Shown: in pieces, positions 20,774-31,328 of the stretch
Position numbering within the stretch: position 1 is the first letter of the stretch
Layout of the letters: each line of letters begins with the position of its first letter
Source of the DNA: Bacteriovoracaceae bacterium
GTDB lineage: Bacteria > Bdellovibrionota > Bacteriovoracia > Bacteriovoracales > Bacteriovoracaceae
Direction of reading: 5' to 3'
DNA length: 64,000 bases
Assembly: GCA_018649885.1 (NCBI GenBank)
Contig: JABIHA010000062.1
Span: 1-64,000, forward strand
Notes under the pieces: generated by a model
The model's database searches: none
What the model was told of the DNA's origin: nothing
The model's input: the letters and a program-made list of their open reading frames with translations, nothing else
Program-made: the position numbers and the translations under genes

Positions 20774-21901
20774 TTATTGTAATTTCTTTGTACGAACTTT
20801 TTTTCCAATTGGGGCAGCATTAGTCTTAGGCATTATGATCTCTTCGATTTCGCCTGTTTTGGTATTAACCTTTGTTTCTTTGGGAAGATCGGTAAGGTTA
20901 TATTTTTGAAGAACCTTATTTTCGATTTCTTTTAGAATATCGGGGTTTTCTTTGAGAAAAACTTTTGAGTTCTCTCTGCCTTGCCCAACTTTTTCATTGT
21001 TGTATGAGTACCATGATCCAGCTTTTTCAACGATATTTTCTTTTACGGCTAAATCTAATACATCTCCAGTTTTAGATATTCCCTCACCGTACATAATGTC
21101 GAATTCAGTCTCTCTAAAGGGAGGGGCTACTTTATTTTTAACAACCTTAACTCGTGTTCTGTTACCAACAACTTTATCACCATCTTTAATGGCACCAATT
21201 CTTCTGATATCCATACGAACTGAAGAGTAGAATTTTAGTGCATTTCCACCGGTAGTTGTTTCAGGACTTCCAAACATAACACCAATTTTCATTCTTAATT
21301 GATTAATAAAAATAACAGTACAGTTAGATCTTGAAATAGAACCCGTTAATTTTCTGAGTGCCTGACTCATAAGTCTTGCTTGAAGTCCCATGTGCGAATC
21401 ACCCATTTCACCATTGAGCTCTGCTCTTGGAGTTAAGGCTGCAACTGAGTCGATAATAAGAAGGTTAACTGCACCTGAGCGCACAAGCATATCAGTGATT
21501 TCTAATGCTTGTTCACCGCTATCGGGTTGAGAAATAAGCATGTCTGAAACTTTAATACCAAGGTGTTCGGCGTATGTTGTATCTAGCGCATGTTCGGCAT
21601 CAACAAAGGCTACGACTCCACCTTGTTTTTGGCATTCAGCAGCTATGTGAAGTGTAAGGGTTGTTTTACCTGAGGCTTCCGGTCCATATATTTCGACAAT
21701 TCTACCTTTAGGTATGCCGCCAATTCCAAGTCCCAAATCAAGGCTGAGACATCCTGTAGGTATAGCAGGAATTTTTACCGGAGGGGCGTCAGGATCAAGA
21801 CGCATGATAGCACCTTTTCCAAATTGTTTTTCAATAGTTGATAAGGCGAGGTCTAATGCTTTTTTCTTGTTAGCTTCGCTAGTAGTAGTTGTTGTGGCCA
21901 T
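20774..21901 (-). CDS. recA: Recombinase A
   Basis: [44 protein letters not shown]. Confidence 0.99.
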   Translation of the reverse strand: MATTTTTSEANKKKALDLALSTIEKQFGKGAIMRLDPDAPPVKIPAIPTGCLSLDLGLGIGGIPKGRIVEIYGPEASGKTTLTLHIAAECQKQGGVVAFVDAEHALDTTYAEHLGIKVSDMLISQPDSGEQALEITDMLVRSGAVNLLIIDSVAALTPRAELNGEMGDSHMGLQARLMSQALRKLTGSISRSNCTVIFINQLRMKIGVMFGSPETTTGGNALKFYSSVRMDIRRIGAIKDGDKVVGNRTRVKVVKNKVAPPFRETEFDIMYGEGISKTGDVLDLAVKENIVEKAGSWYSYNNEKVGQGRENSKVFLKENPDILKEIENKVLQKYNLTDLPKETKVNTKTGEIEEIIMPKTNAAPIGKKVRTKKLQ

Positions 21902-22032
21902 GGGGAGTGTCTCCTAAAAAGTTTTAATTTCAAACGTACGTAAACTGTACACGTTGATTGGAAAAAGTACAACGTCAAATATGCAAGTCTCTTACAAAAA
22001 ATAAAACTTCTATGTCACTGTAATAGTAGAGC

Positions 22033-22521
22033 TTAAAAAAGAGTGGGGAAAAAACTTTGAATTAGTACGACTGTCAGACCAGCGTAAATGCCGCTTACAA
22101 CATCATCTAAAATGGTACCCGCTCCGTGATGCATTTTATCAAAATAATTTGCAGGTGGGATTTTTGTAATATCAAAAAAGCGAAAGAGTGCGAACATTAA
22201 CCACAGTCCAGCAGCTGTTTGGGTGGAACAGATTAGAAAGGCCACCAGCATACCGATGACCTCATCGATGACTATCCAGCTGGGATCGTGTATCTCGTGC
22301 TTTTTCTGAACAATTTCAGCAATGATACAGGCGCCTACGGTCATTAGCAGCGTAATTGGGGCCAGGAAAACAGGTGGAAAACCTACTTTATTTACGAGAA
22401 ATAAAAATGGCATAATTCCTAGTGAGCCAACTGTTCCAGGTGCTTTCGGGAAAAAGCCAAGACCACCAAAGCTGAGGAAAATAATCTCTATATTTTTAAG
22501 TGAGGGTTTTTGTTGTGCCAC
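22033..22521 (-). CDS. pgpA: Phosphatidylglycerophosphatase A
   Basis: PKAPGTVGS, HDPSWIVIDE, FRFFDITK, LDDVVSG. Confidence 0.93.
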   Translation of the reverse strand: MAQQKPSLKNIEIIFLSFGGLGFFPKAPGTVGSLGIMPFLFLVNKVGFPPVFLAPITLLMTVGACIIAEIVQKKHEIHDPSWIVIDEVIGMLVAFLICSTQTAAGLWLMFALFRFFDITKIPPANYFDKMHHGAGTILDDVVSGIYAGLTVVLIQSFFPTLF

Positions 22522-22613
22522 AATAGTCTCGCCGCTCCACGATTTTCAATTCTTTCAACCTTATCTCTTTTGTGAGAATATGTCGTACTTCATTTTAACC
22601 AGATAAATGCCCT

Positions 22614-23861
22614 ATGAGTAGACCTGATTACATTGAGAAATACAATTTCGACTGGGAATTATTCGATGTCGTTATTGGCGGAAAATCAGCTCTTGATGCC
22701 CATTCATTTTTGGGTCCTTTGCACAGCAAAGAGCAAGCTTATGATTTTTTAGATGATTATGGTTTTAACCAAACTGATCCTGTTCAAAAAGCTGAAATTT
22801 TTGGCACTTTTCAAGAAGCATTGCAGTTTATTAGAAGATATTTTTTGAGTGGTGATGATGGTCTTAATTTTCAAATACCAAACTCACTATTTACTATCAC
22901 TGAGGTCTCAGAGCTTTTCTTAATGGCCAATAACAGAGTCCCTGAACGCGGTATTGAAGAAAATATTTGGGCAGGAATTGTGCTAAAGGTAATGCATACT
23001 ATTTTACACGCTGATAAAGACTTGAGGCACAATTACTTTAGCGTCATCCAACAACAAATTTTTGATCGATTTTATAAATTCGTCAAAAGAGATAGTGATA
23101 AAAACCTTTATTTGCAAAGTAAGAACTCTGACTACCGTGTGCCCTTATTTGATTTTGAAACAAAGGCCAAGAAAAGCAGAGATAGCATCATTATTAAGAT
23201 GCTTCATAAAACAGAAAATGTAGCAGAAGAGCTCTTTGATAGAATTGGAGTCAGATTTCTAACCCATACTAGATTTGATGCTCTAAGAGTCGTCAAGTTT
23301 TTGCAAGATCATCACATTGTGATTGCTCACAATTTGAAGGCAAGCAGATCCAATAACTCACTAATTGATTTAGATGAATTCAGAAGAAGACATAAGAAAA
23401 TTCTAAAAATGTGTTTTAGAAATGACTTATCTGAAGAGAGGTTCATTCAGGCTTTGGAAAGAGAAGCTCTTGAATGTGAACCTGGCCATAGCAAACAAAC
23501 TGGTAGCAATAGACATTCCTCAAGCGAATATAAATCCATTCATTTTACATCCAGGCAATTGATCACTTACAAAAATCCATTTCTTGATGAATTTAAATCT
23601 GTCAGGGCAATGGCAAAGGATCAAAAGGATGAAAGCGAGCTTGCAAAAAAAATAATGATGCTAGATTTATCTGCCCTCAAAAGAGAGCTTAGATTTTTCT
23701 TTCCCTACGAAGTTCAAATTTCAGATGTTGAAAGCCACAAAAAAAATACAGAGGGTATGGCTTCTCACGCAGAATATAAAAATTCTCAGAGGAAAACAGC
23801 GATGAAAAGATTATTTGAACCATTGCTTCACTACAAAAATATTTCAGAAAGCGATCTCTAG
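22614..23861 (+). CDS. RelA/SpoT-synthetase-like nucleotidyltransferase (resembles the TIGR04552-type family)
   Basis: KSRDSIIIK, FDRIGVRF, YKSIH, EVQI and SHAEYK in the order of the RSH synthetase motifs; no HD, TGS or ACT domain. Confidence 0.72.
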   Translation: MSRPDYIEKYNFDWELFDVVIGGKSALDAHSFLGPLHSKEQAYDFLDDYGFNQTDPVQKAEIFGTFQEALQFIRRYFLSGDDGLNFQIPNSLFTITEVSELFLMANNRVPERGIEENIWAGIVLKVMHTILHADKDLRHNYFSVIQQQIFDRFYKFVKRDSDKNLYLQSKNSDYRVPLFDFETKAKKSRDSIIIKMLHKTENVAEELFDRIGVRFLTHTRFDALRVVKFLQDHHIVIAHNLKASRSNNSLIDLDEFRRRHKKILKMCFRNDLSEERFIQALEREALECEPGHSKQTGSNRHSSSEYKSIHFTSRQLITYKNPFLDEFKSVRAMAKDQKDESELAKKIMMLDLSALKRELRFFFPYEVQISDVESHKKNTEGMASHAEYKNSQRKTAMKRLFEPLLHYKNISESDL

Positions 23862-23863
23862 CC

Positions 23864-24292
23864 ATGTTACGGCTGATACTAATTCTTCTTTCCCTTGGTC
23901 TTATGATTCTGGGTATTGTTCTTTGGCAAAAGCCAGGCAATAGAGATGCTAAAATTGAACAAGTGAAATCTCAATTTAGATTAAAGTCTATTGCCACTCC
24001 AAAGGCCCGCGCACTAGATGCAAATGAAAAAGAAGCTTTTAAAAAAGAAGAGTGGTCCAAATTGCGTATCGACCGAGATAAGTTTAAAGGAAAAGAGCTA
24101 GATATAACTGATTTAGAAAAAAGAAATGCTTTGGGGACTGATTCAAAAAAGAAAAAATTGTCTATAGGCGTAGAACCCACGGAGGAATTTATGGATAGCC
24201 TGGAAAAGCAAGGCTACGACATAAAAAAATCAGTCAAAGAAGTAGAGTTAGAAAGCCCCCCTGTTTCCCCTAAAGTTAAAATTAATTTTTAA
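23864..24292 (+). CDS. Membrane-anchored hypothetical protein
   Basis: N-terminal TM helix and charged soluble part; starts 2 bp after the previous stop. Confidence 0.7.
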   Translation: MLRLILILLSLGLMILGIVLWQKPGNRDAKIEQVKSQFRLKSIATPKARALDANEKEAFKKEEWSKLRIDRDKFKGKELDITDLEKRNALGTDSKKKKLSIGVEPTEEFMDSLEKQGYDIKKSVKEVELESPPVSPKVKINF

Positions 24293-24615
24293 ACGAGTTT
24301 TTATTTTAACTCTATTAATATAGCCTGTTACAAAATTTGGAGTCATAAGATTGTCAAAGTTTTAGACGGCTCGATTGTAATGTTTATAAAAGTCTTTTGC
24401 TCCTGGTCGACCTAAATTATTATATATCCATTAGTTTAAATTATTATTTACAGCATTCGGGTGTTACTGAAACTACCCCTGATACGGCATTTTCTTTGTA
24501 TTTTGCTACTAAAGAGCGTTTTGAGAAAGAATTTCTTGAGCGAGCTTATAGGTTAAAACTAAGCTTTCCAGATGCATTCAATATATGCGGTTCTTGGTAA
24601 GTGCTTGCTCAATAG

Positions 24616-25566
24616 CTATGCATTGCTAAGTAGTGATAGTGCCGCTTTTTTCCCTTCCTTATAATTATTAGTCAGTGTATCAAGAAATACCTTTATTCTC
24701 TGATTAATAAATTTGGGAAAATCAATCTGGGGAACGTGAGATCCATCTTTAACAATATACATTTTTGCATTGGGTAATTTTTCAAGTAGTACATTGAGTG
24801 CGTAATTGGGGATCATTTGGTCTTGATCGCCACCAACTAGTAGAGTTGGTGTTTGGATTCGCTCTACGTGACTGATCATATCGTGTGCATGCATTTGATC
24901 AATTAATTTAAAAAATATTTCGGGGTTGAGTTGTCCCATTAAGTTCAGATATTGGTTAACATACTCTTGGGGAACCATTTCTTTGTTAAAACCACCCTGT
25001 CTGACAAAATCTCTAAAGACTGGGATTTTCCCTGAGTTTCTCCAGAAAAAATTATAAAACTCTGGAAAAGAATCTTTCATCTGAACCCAGTAATCCCCTG
25101 TGATATCGAGAATATTAGATTTAAACATAGTGTCTCTTGGAGAGAGAACTGACCCAGAAATTAAAATCATTGCATTGAGTTTTTCTTGATAGAGCTTTGA
25201 GTATTCTAAGGTTACGTTGACACCCATACTGTGTCCCAGCATGGTTACATCTGAAAGTTCAAGACGTTCTATTATTAAATTAATGTCTTCAGCAATATTT
25301 TCGAAAGTAATAGAGTCTACGTCATCTTCACCGGTAGAGTTGAAGTGGCCTCTATAGTTATGAATTATGACGTCATATCCAATATCCTTAAAGTATTGAA
25401 TTTGCTTTCCCCAATGTTGATTTGAACACACAAGGCCATAGTTGAACATTACAACTGGTTTTCCCTGTCGGTCTGAATTATGTGGAAAGTTTGTGGAAAA
25501 GAAGATTTTTTTTCCATCGCGAGTGGTAATGTAATTTGAATACATGTCTTCTTGTTTGTCGTTCAT
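24616..25566 (-). CDS. Alpha/beta fold hydrolase
   Basis: YRGH, GHSMG, GGDQDQM, GSHVPQ. Confidence 0.88.
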   Translation of the reverse strand: MNDKQEDMYSNYITTRDGKKIFFSTNFPHNSDRQGKPVVMFNYGLVCSNQHWGKQIQYFKDIGYDVIIHNYRGHFNSTGEDDVDSITFENIAEDINLIIERLELSDVTMLGHSMGVNVTLEYSKLYQEKLNAMILISGSVLSPRDTMFKSNILDITGDYWVQMKDSFPEFYNFFWRNSGKIPVFRDFVRQGGFNKEMVPQEYVNQYLNLMGQLNPEIFFKLIDQMHAHDMISHVERIQTPTLLVGGDQDQMIPNYALNVLLEKLPNAKMYIVKDGSHVPQIDFPKFINQRIKVFLDTLTNNYKEGKKAALSLLSNA

Positions 25567-25976
25567 AGCTCTTTATACTCTTCTTCTATTAGTTTTAATA
25601 TATTCATGGGCAGCGTATCAGTATTAAAAATTTCATCGATCGATTTTTCTAGTTTTTCGATTTTAGAAGGTGTTTGAGATTTTTCGAAATTTTTTATTTC
25701 AATTTGAGTTTCACCTAACTTAATCACGTCACCCGCTAAAAGATATTGGGTTCCAGAGGACTTTTTGCCATTTATATGAAAATAGCTAAGTGTATTGTTG
25801 AGCTGTGCCACCAATTTAGACTTAACTACTTTAAGCATGAAGTGGTAGTTAATGATCTCAGAGTCATTAACTAGCAGATCACCTAGGTCTTTTCCTATAA
25901 CTAGGTGATTTCGAAAATATTTTTTTGGCCCAATGACATCTAGATCACTGGAGCTCACTACCTCAATCTCTATCAT
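25563..25976 (-). CDS. FHA-like domain protein
   Basis: IGKDLGDL...INGK...LLAGDVIKLG FHA-like pattern. Probable start is ATG 25976, which avoids overlap with recG. Confidence 0.6.
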   Translation of the reverse strand: MIEIEVVSSSDLDVIGPKKYFRNHLVIGKDLGDLLVNDSEIINYHFMLKVVKSKLVAQLNNTLSYFHINGKKSSGTQYLLAGDVIKLGETQIEIKNFEKSQTPSKIEKLEKSIDEIFNTDTLPMNILKLIEEEYKEL

Positions 25977-26007
25977 AGGAATATTATAACTAATTAGCGC
26001 GATATGT

Positions 26008-28101
26008 TTAGATGGTAGAAAAAACTCTCGTATCCTCACTAAACTTGGAAATTTTTGAATGAATAAGTTTGTTATTTTCTGTAACTAATTGATTTAAGTC
26101 TTCTTTCACCTCAAATAGTATTTTTTGGTCGCTCCCAAGGTTGGCAAATTTGCGCACGCCACCTTCTCCGGCCTGAACCTTACCAAGAAGGTCTCCTTCT
26201 CCTCTAATACCCAAGTCTTCTTCAGCGATTTTGAATCCATCGATTGTTGATTCAATAACTTTGAGACGATACATGGTATCCGGAGGTAGCATTTTATCGA
26301 CGACTAGAAAGCAAAACCCTGGTTTCTCAGCTCGACCGACCCGTCCTCTCAGTTGATGGAGTGAGCTCAGACCAAATCTTTCAGCATTAATGATGGCCAT
26401 GATGGTGGCGTTAGGAATATCAATTCCTACCTCTATGACACTGGTTGATACCAGCAGATCAATTTTTCCATCAGAGAACTCTTTAAGTCTGCTTGTTTTT
26501 TCATCGGGAGGCATTTTCCCATGGAGATAGCCAATTTTGTATTTTGGGTAGAATTTTACAAATTTGGTAAAGACCTTTTCAAGGGCCAAAAAATCTTGCT
26601 CAGGATTATCTTCAATAGCAGGAACAACCACATAGGCCTGCTCTCCCATGGAAATCCTGGTATTGATAAAACTTAAAAATGGCTCCATCTTAGAGGGATC
26701 AACAATTCTAGTTTGGATCCCTTTACGTCCACTTGGGAGGGAGTCAATAATTGAAACATCAAGGTCCCCGTACTGTGTCAGACTCAAGGATCTTGGAATG
26801 GGAGTGGCGGTCATAATCAGCGCATGAGTACCCTCTCCTTTTTCAACAAGGCGAATTCGTTGGTCAACACCAAAGCGGTGCTGTTCATCGATAACAGCAA
26901 GTCCCAGGTCTTTGAACTGTACTCCATCATAAAATAGGGCATGGGTTCCGATGATAAGATCGAACATGCCAAGCTTTATTTCTAGATATAATTCTCTTTT
27001 TTTCTTAGCACTTAAGCTTCCGGTAATTAAAGTTACTTTAATACCTGTGCCTTCAAATAAGTTTGATGCTGTTTCATAGTGTTGATTTGCAAGAGACTCT
27101 GTAGGACACATTATCGCCGCTTGTTTTTTTGATTTTATGGCAGCGTATGCCGAAATTAGAGCAACTGTCGTTTTGCCACAGCCAACATCTCCTTGAATCA
27201 AACGATTCATAGGATGGCCTGATGCCATATCCTTAAATATATCTTTGATGGCCGAATTTTGACCATCTGTCAGTTTATAGGGAAACATAGAAACCACTGA
27301 CTTAAGCTCTGGGCCTGTTAATTTTATGGAATCTGATTTTTTACTCTTATTCTTATTTCTTCTGAGCAAAAACTTTAACTGCTCATCTAAAAATTCTTCG
27401 TAGATGACTCTTTTTTTTGCGTCTTCTAAACTACTGCTTTGGGACCTGCCATGTATGATTTTAAAGGCTTCACCCAGTGTAATTAGGTTTCTTTTTTTTA
27501 AGAGCGTTTCTGGAAGAGATTCCTCAATATTGTCCCAAAGATTAGCAGGGATTTTATTGTAAAATGAGGCAACAATTCTTGGGGTTACTGAGTTGATAGT
27601 AGGGTAGTTAGCACATCGTCCAGGGGTTTGCAGTAGACCTTTTTCAATACTATCAAATTTGGGGTTGGCCAGCTGCCTTCTGCCTCCAAATGAAGATACT
27701 TTTCCAAGCAGAACAATTTTTTTCATACTCTTAATTTTTTTTATAATATTTGGGTAACAATTAAACCACGTTAATTTTAACTCACTGGGACCATGAAGGT
27801 CTTTTACTACTGCAGTAACCTGCATTAGTGGAGCTCTTTTAAATCCTTTCGATCTAAAACTAGGCCTTGCTATGACGTGAACGACTTCACCTTCAGCCTG
27901 GAGGTATTCGTTTTCATCGGCAACGTGGAAGGGTGTAATTCCAGGAATGATATCGATAGAAAGTGGTCCGCTCCATAGAAGATCATTTAAGGTGGAAATT
28001 CCAGCAGATTTTAATTTATCAAGGGACTTGGGTGTTTTCTTAGTTTTATAGAGATCCTCTAGTGGAGATAGCCAACTTAATTTTGTTGTCTCTTTGGCCA
28101 T
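26008..28101 (-). CDS. recG: ATP-dependent DNA helicase RecG
   Basis: QGDVGCGKT, DEQHRFGV, MTATPIPR, LHQLRGRVGR, DGFKIAEEDL. Confidence 0.96.
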   Translation of the reverse strand: MAKETTKLSWLSPLEDLYKTKKTPKSLDKLKSAGISTLNDLLWSGPLSIDIIPGITPFHVADENEYLQAEGEVVHVIARPSFRSKGFKRAPLMQVTAVVKDLHGPSELKLTWFNCYPNIIKKIKSMKKIVLLGKVSSFGGRRQLANPKFDSIEKGLLQTPGRCANYPTINSVTPRIVASFYNKIPANLWDNIEESLPETLLKKRNLITLGEAFKIIHGRSQSSSLEDAKKRVIYEEFLDEQLKFLLRRNKNKSKKSDSIKLTGPELKSVVSMFPYKLTDGQNSAIKDIFKDMASGHPMNRLIQGDVGCGKTTVALISAYAAIKSKKQAAIMCPTESLANQHYETASNLFEGTGIKVTLITGSLSAKKKRELYLEIKLGMFDLIIGTHALFYDGVQFKDLGLAVIDEQHRFGVDQRIRLVEKGEGTHALIMTATPIPRSLSLTQYGDLDVSIIDSLPSGRKGIQTRIVDPSKMEPFLSFINTRISMGEQAYVVVPAIEDNPEQDFLALEKVFTKFVKFYPKYKIGYLHGKMPPDEKTSRLKEFSDGKIDLLVSTSVIEVGIDIPNATIMAIINAERFGLSSLHQLRGRVGRAEKPGFCFLVVDKMLPPDTMYRLKVIESTIDGFKIAEEDLGIRGEGDLLGKVQAGEGGVRKFANLGSDQKILFEVKEDLNQLVTENNKLIHSKISKFSEDTRVFSTI

Positions 28102-28110
28102 AGGTCCTCT

Positions 28111-28587
28111 TTAGATATATTGAACAGTCACTACTTCATATTCAATATCACCCTTTGGTGCTTTTACGATAACTTCATCACCCTCTCCCTTACCAATAAG
28201 GGCCCTTGCAATGGGGCTTGAGTATGAAATTTTTCCGAGTTTTGAATCAGCTTCTTCTTCACCGACTATCTTATAGGTTTTTTCTTGTTCGGTTTCAGCG
28301 TTAATGAGCTTAACTGTGGCGCCAAAAACAATAGTTGATACTGTTATTTTTGTAATATCTACAACTTTTGCCCTACCGACTTTACTTTGAAGCTCCATAA
28401 TTCGACCTTCAATATGAGATTGCTTTTCTTTAGCAGCATGGTATTCAGCATTTTCTTTAAGATCACCTAAAGCTCTGGCTTCAGCAATCGCTACTTTTAG
28501 ATCTTCTCTCTCTACTTTAATTAGGTGATCTAGTTCTTCTTCGAGAGCTTTTTTTCCTTCAGGTGTCATTGGAAATTCTTGACTCAT
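28111..28587 (-). CDS. greA: Transcription elongation factor GreA
   Basis: GDLKENAEYHAAKE, ISYSSPIARAL. Confidence 0.97.
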   Translation of the reverse strand: MSQEFPMTPEGKKALEEELDHLIKVEREDLKVAIAEARALGDLKENAEYHAAKEKQSHIEGRIMELQSKVGRAKVVDITKITVSTIVFGATVKLINAETEQEKTYKIVGEEEADSKLGKISYSSPIARALIGKGEGDEVIVKAPKGDIEYEVVTVQYI

Positions 28588-28598
28588 TTTAAAACCTT

Positions 28599-28889
28599 TT
28601 ATTTTTTAAATAATGCATCTGCAGCTGAGAGAACATTATCTTTTTCATAAGCGTCAGATACTTTATCTGTCAGTCGATAGTTGTCACAAAAATTTGATTT
28701 TTCTTTATCTACGATTCTTTGAGCAACGGGTTCTTTGCACTCATTATAGCTGCGAGTATCATAGTAAACGCACATTTTACATACATGTAGGTCTCGTCCG
28801 CAACTAGGACAATCCTCTTTTCTTGAAATATTTGAACCGATCTTCAGTAATTGCAATTCACCATTGCAATGATAACATGCAGCGCCCAC
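28599..28889 (-). CDS. Cys-rich (zinc-binding) hypothetical protein
   Basis: CYHC, CPSC, HVCKMC, NFCD; co-oriented with greA. Confidence 0.75.
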   Translation of the reverse strand: MGAACYHCNGELQLLKIGSNISRKEDCPSCGRDLHVCKMCVYYDTRSYNECKEPVAQRIVDKEKSNFCDNYRLTDKVSDAYEKDNVLSAADALFKK

Positions 28890-29428
28890 TAGAATCCCTT
28901 TGTAATACCGCCTAGTACGCCAAGGCGGGGAGATTCTTTTTTACTTTGAGAATTACCAGTTTGAAAGGGCGAGAAGTAAATTTTTGGCAAATTTCGTCTG
29001 TTATATTCAATGATGGCCTGACCTAGTAGCTTTTCGTTTTCCTGTTGCACGGTGTTGTATATTAAATAGTTAATAATCAGTAGCGACCCACCCGTGAGAA
29101 AGAGTGTGTTTCTATTAAAAAACTGACTATTTTCACTGCCAACCTGAAAAACTCCACCCAATATTAATAGTGAGCCCAGCGTGCCTAAAGCAGCATGTTG
29201 CCAAGCAGGCTTGCTCCTATCTTGGTAAATATTCAACATTGATTTGGTTTTTGGGTCTTTATCTAGATAATACCTGAGTCCTTCAGCCTTTTTTGTAGAA
29301 ATAGTATCGACTAGGACTTCTTGATAATTTATCTCAGCTACTCTACTGCAAATTTCATCGCCCCTTGCAGACGTCATTACAAGAATAATGAAAAAAGTTG
29401 ATAAAATTCTTAGGCCATTTTTTGTCAT
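28889..29428 (-). CDS. Hypothetical membrane protein
   Basis: Signal peptide plus two hydrophobic helices; its stop overlaps the next start. Confidence 0.7.
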   Translation of the reverse strand: MTKNGLRILSTFFIILVMTSARGDEICSRVAEINYQEVLVDTISTKKAEGLRYYLDKDPKTKSMLNIYQDRSKPAWQHAALGTLGSLLILGGVFQVGSENSQFFNRNTLFLTGGSLLIINYLIYNTVQQENEKLLGQAIIEYNRRNLPKIYFSPFQTGNSQSKKESPRLGVLGGITKGF

Positions 29429-29534
29429 AGGGCATTAATTTCAGGTTATCAAAGGTTTACAGTTTAGCATAACATAAAAAATAAGACTAAAATTACGCAG
29501 CTAGTATAACGCTAAAGGCTTTGAAAGAAACGAA

Positions 29535-31262
29535 ATGGTTGATTTACTTAAAACAGGTTTGGGGATAACCCGCACAATTAAAAATGCTACGAGATTTCGT
29601 GAGATTGTAACCGTGCTTGCAAGAAATGGTTTTGATGAGCTGATTATCAAATCGGGGCTTGTAAATTTATTACCTGATTTCGTCCTACCCAAGTCAAGAT
29701 ACAAAGATGCCATTAAAGAAAAAGAATCAGAGAGTCTTCCCTACCTAGTAGGATTTAGGCTTAGAAAATCTTTTGAAGAACTTGGTCCTGGCTTTGTGAA
29801 AATTGGTCAGCTTGCAAGTACAAGAGATGATATTTTTGATGTCGACTTTATCGATGAAATGAAAAAATTAAGGGACCAGGTTAAAGGAATTCCATTCGAG
29901 GAAGCTAGAGAAGTCATTGAAAGACAGCTCGGGCAAAAAATAGAGGATGTATTTGAATCCATTGATCCAGACCCCATTGGAACTGCTTCCATTGGAGTTG
30001 TTTATAAAGGCATATTAAAAGACGGCACTGATGTCGTTGTAAAAGTAAGAAGACCAAATATTGCTAAATCTATTCAAACAGATTTTGAAATTCTTGAATA
30101 CCTTGTAGTTCAAATCGAAAAAGTCTCAGAAGATATTAAATTTTTAGGAATATCAAAAGCAATCAGAGATTTTGGGGTAACTCTTCATTCTGAATTAGAC
30201 TTTCGGATTGAAGCTCTTAATTGCCAGAGGATGAAGGAGAATATTGCGAAGCTTGATCCAGATGGGATCTTCTACGTACCCAAGATTTATACAGAGTTTA
30301 CAAAAGAAGAAGTTCTTGTGATGGAATGTCTCAAGGGTATTCCGTTTACAGATTCAGTTAGAGTTAATGAAGTAAAATCCATCATTCAAGAGAAGCTTAA
30401 TAAAGGCCTCAAGATATTTATTCATACAATTCTAGCAGATGGATTTTTTCATGCTGATTTGCATGGAGGAAACTTCTTTTTATTAGAAGATCACAGAATT
30501 GGTATTATAGATTTTGGTCTCGTAGGAACCCTGAGTAAAAAGGGAAGAACAAATCTGGTTGCAATTATGTACTCAATTGTGAACCATAATTATGAGAACC
30601 TTGTTTATGAGTTTTTGGATGTTGCAGAGTATGATCGTATCCCTGAAGTTGATACATTAATTAGAGATCTTAAAGATGCATTATCACCTCATATTGGTCT
30701 TACTGTTCAACAGACTAATGCTACTCAATTGTTTAGATCAATTCTAGAGACGCTGTCTAAACATAGAATATATTTACCAAGGGAATGGTTTGTAGTATTC
30801 AGGGCCTTGATCACCATGGACGGGGTTGGTAAGTCTCTCGATATGGACTTTGATATATTTGGGCTCGTTGAAGACGATATCAAAGGAATAATTAAAGAGG
30901 CATTTAGTAAAGAGCAAGTAATTGAAGAAGCTGTTTGGATCGGAAGAGATTTAATTTCCTCTTCAAGGGCATTTCCCAGACATTTGAAATGGTTTCTAAA
31001 AGAATTTTCAAAAAATAATTACACCGTTCAAGTTAAAAATACTGGATACGAAGATGCCATTAATCGCCTTTCAAATAATTTATATTGTATAGGGATGCTT
31101 TTTCTTAGCAGTGTAATGTTTTTTAGCGGAACAATTATTTTGCGTGATATTGAAATTACTGAATATGATCAAATTCCAATCTTGTCCTATCTTTTTTGGG
31201 GTTTATCACTGGCCTTATTTCTTCGAACAAGTTTTTTGTTTAGGAAGTTTTCAAAGTACTAA
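29535..31262 (+). CDS. ubiB: ABC1/AarF/UbiB atypical kinase
   Basis: LGPGFVKIGQ, ASIGVVY, VVVKVRRP, FFHADLHGGN, IDFG, two C-terminal TMs. Confidence 0.88.
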   Translation: MVDLLKTGLGITRTIKNATRFREIVTVLARNGFDELIIKSGLVNLLPDFVLPKSRYKDAIKEKESESLPYLVGFRLRKSFEELGPGFVKIGQLASTRDDIFDVDFIDEMKKLRDQVKGIPFEEAREVIERQLGQKIEDVFESIDPDPIGTASIGVVYKGILKDGTDVVVKVRRPNIAKSIQTDFEILEYLVVQIEKVSEDIKFLGISKAIRDFGVTLHSELDFRIEALNCQRMKENIAKLDPDGIFYVPKIYTEFTKEEVLVMECLKGIPFTDSVRVNEVKSIIQEKLNKGLKIFIHTILADGFFHADLHGGNFFLLEDHRIGIIDFGLVGTLSKKGRTNLVAIMYSIVNHNYENLVYEFLDVAEYDRIPEVDTLIRDLKDALSPHIGLTVQQTNATQLFRSILETLSKHRIYLPREWFVVFRALITMDGVGKSLDMDFDIFGLVEDDIKGIIKEAFSKEQVIEEAVWIGRDLISSSRAFPRHLKWFLKEFSKNNYTVQVKNTGYEDAINRLSNNLYCIGMLFLSSVMFFSGTIILRDIEITEYDQIPILSYLFWGLSLALFLRTSFLFRKFSKY

Positions 31263-31328
31263 ATTACCCCCTTTTGATTAGTTGTTCTATGCGTCATTAT
31301 TTAATCTACTATTAGATTGGAGTTTCCT

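Noticed and set aside
24397..24600. 67-aa ORF in the gap between convergent genes
   Set aside because: TTG start without an RBS. The helix-like KERFEKEFLERA stretch is suggestive but not enough to call a gene.
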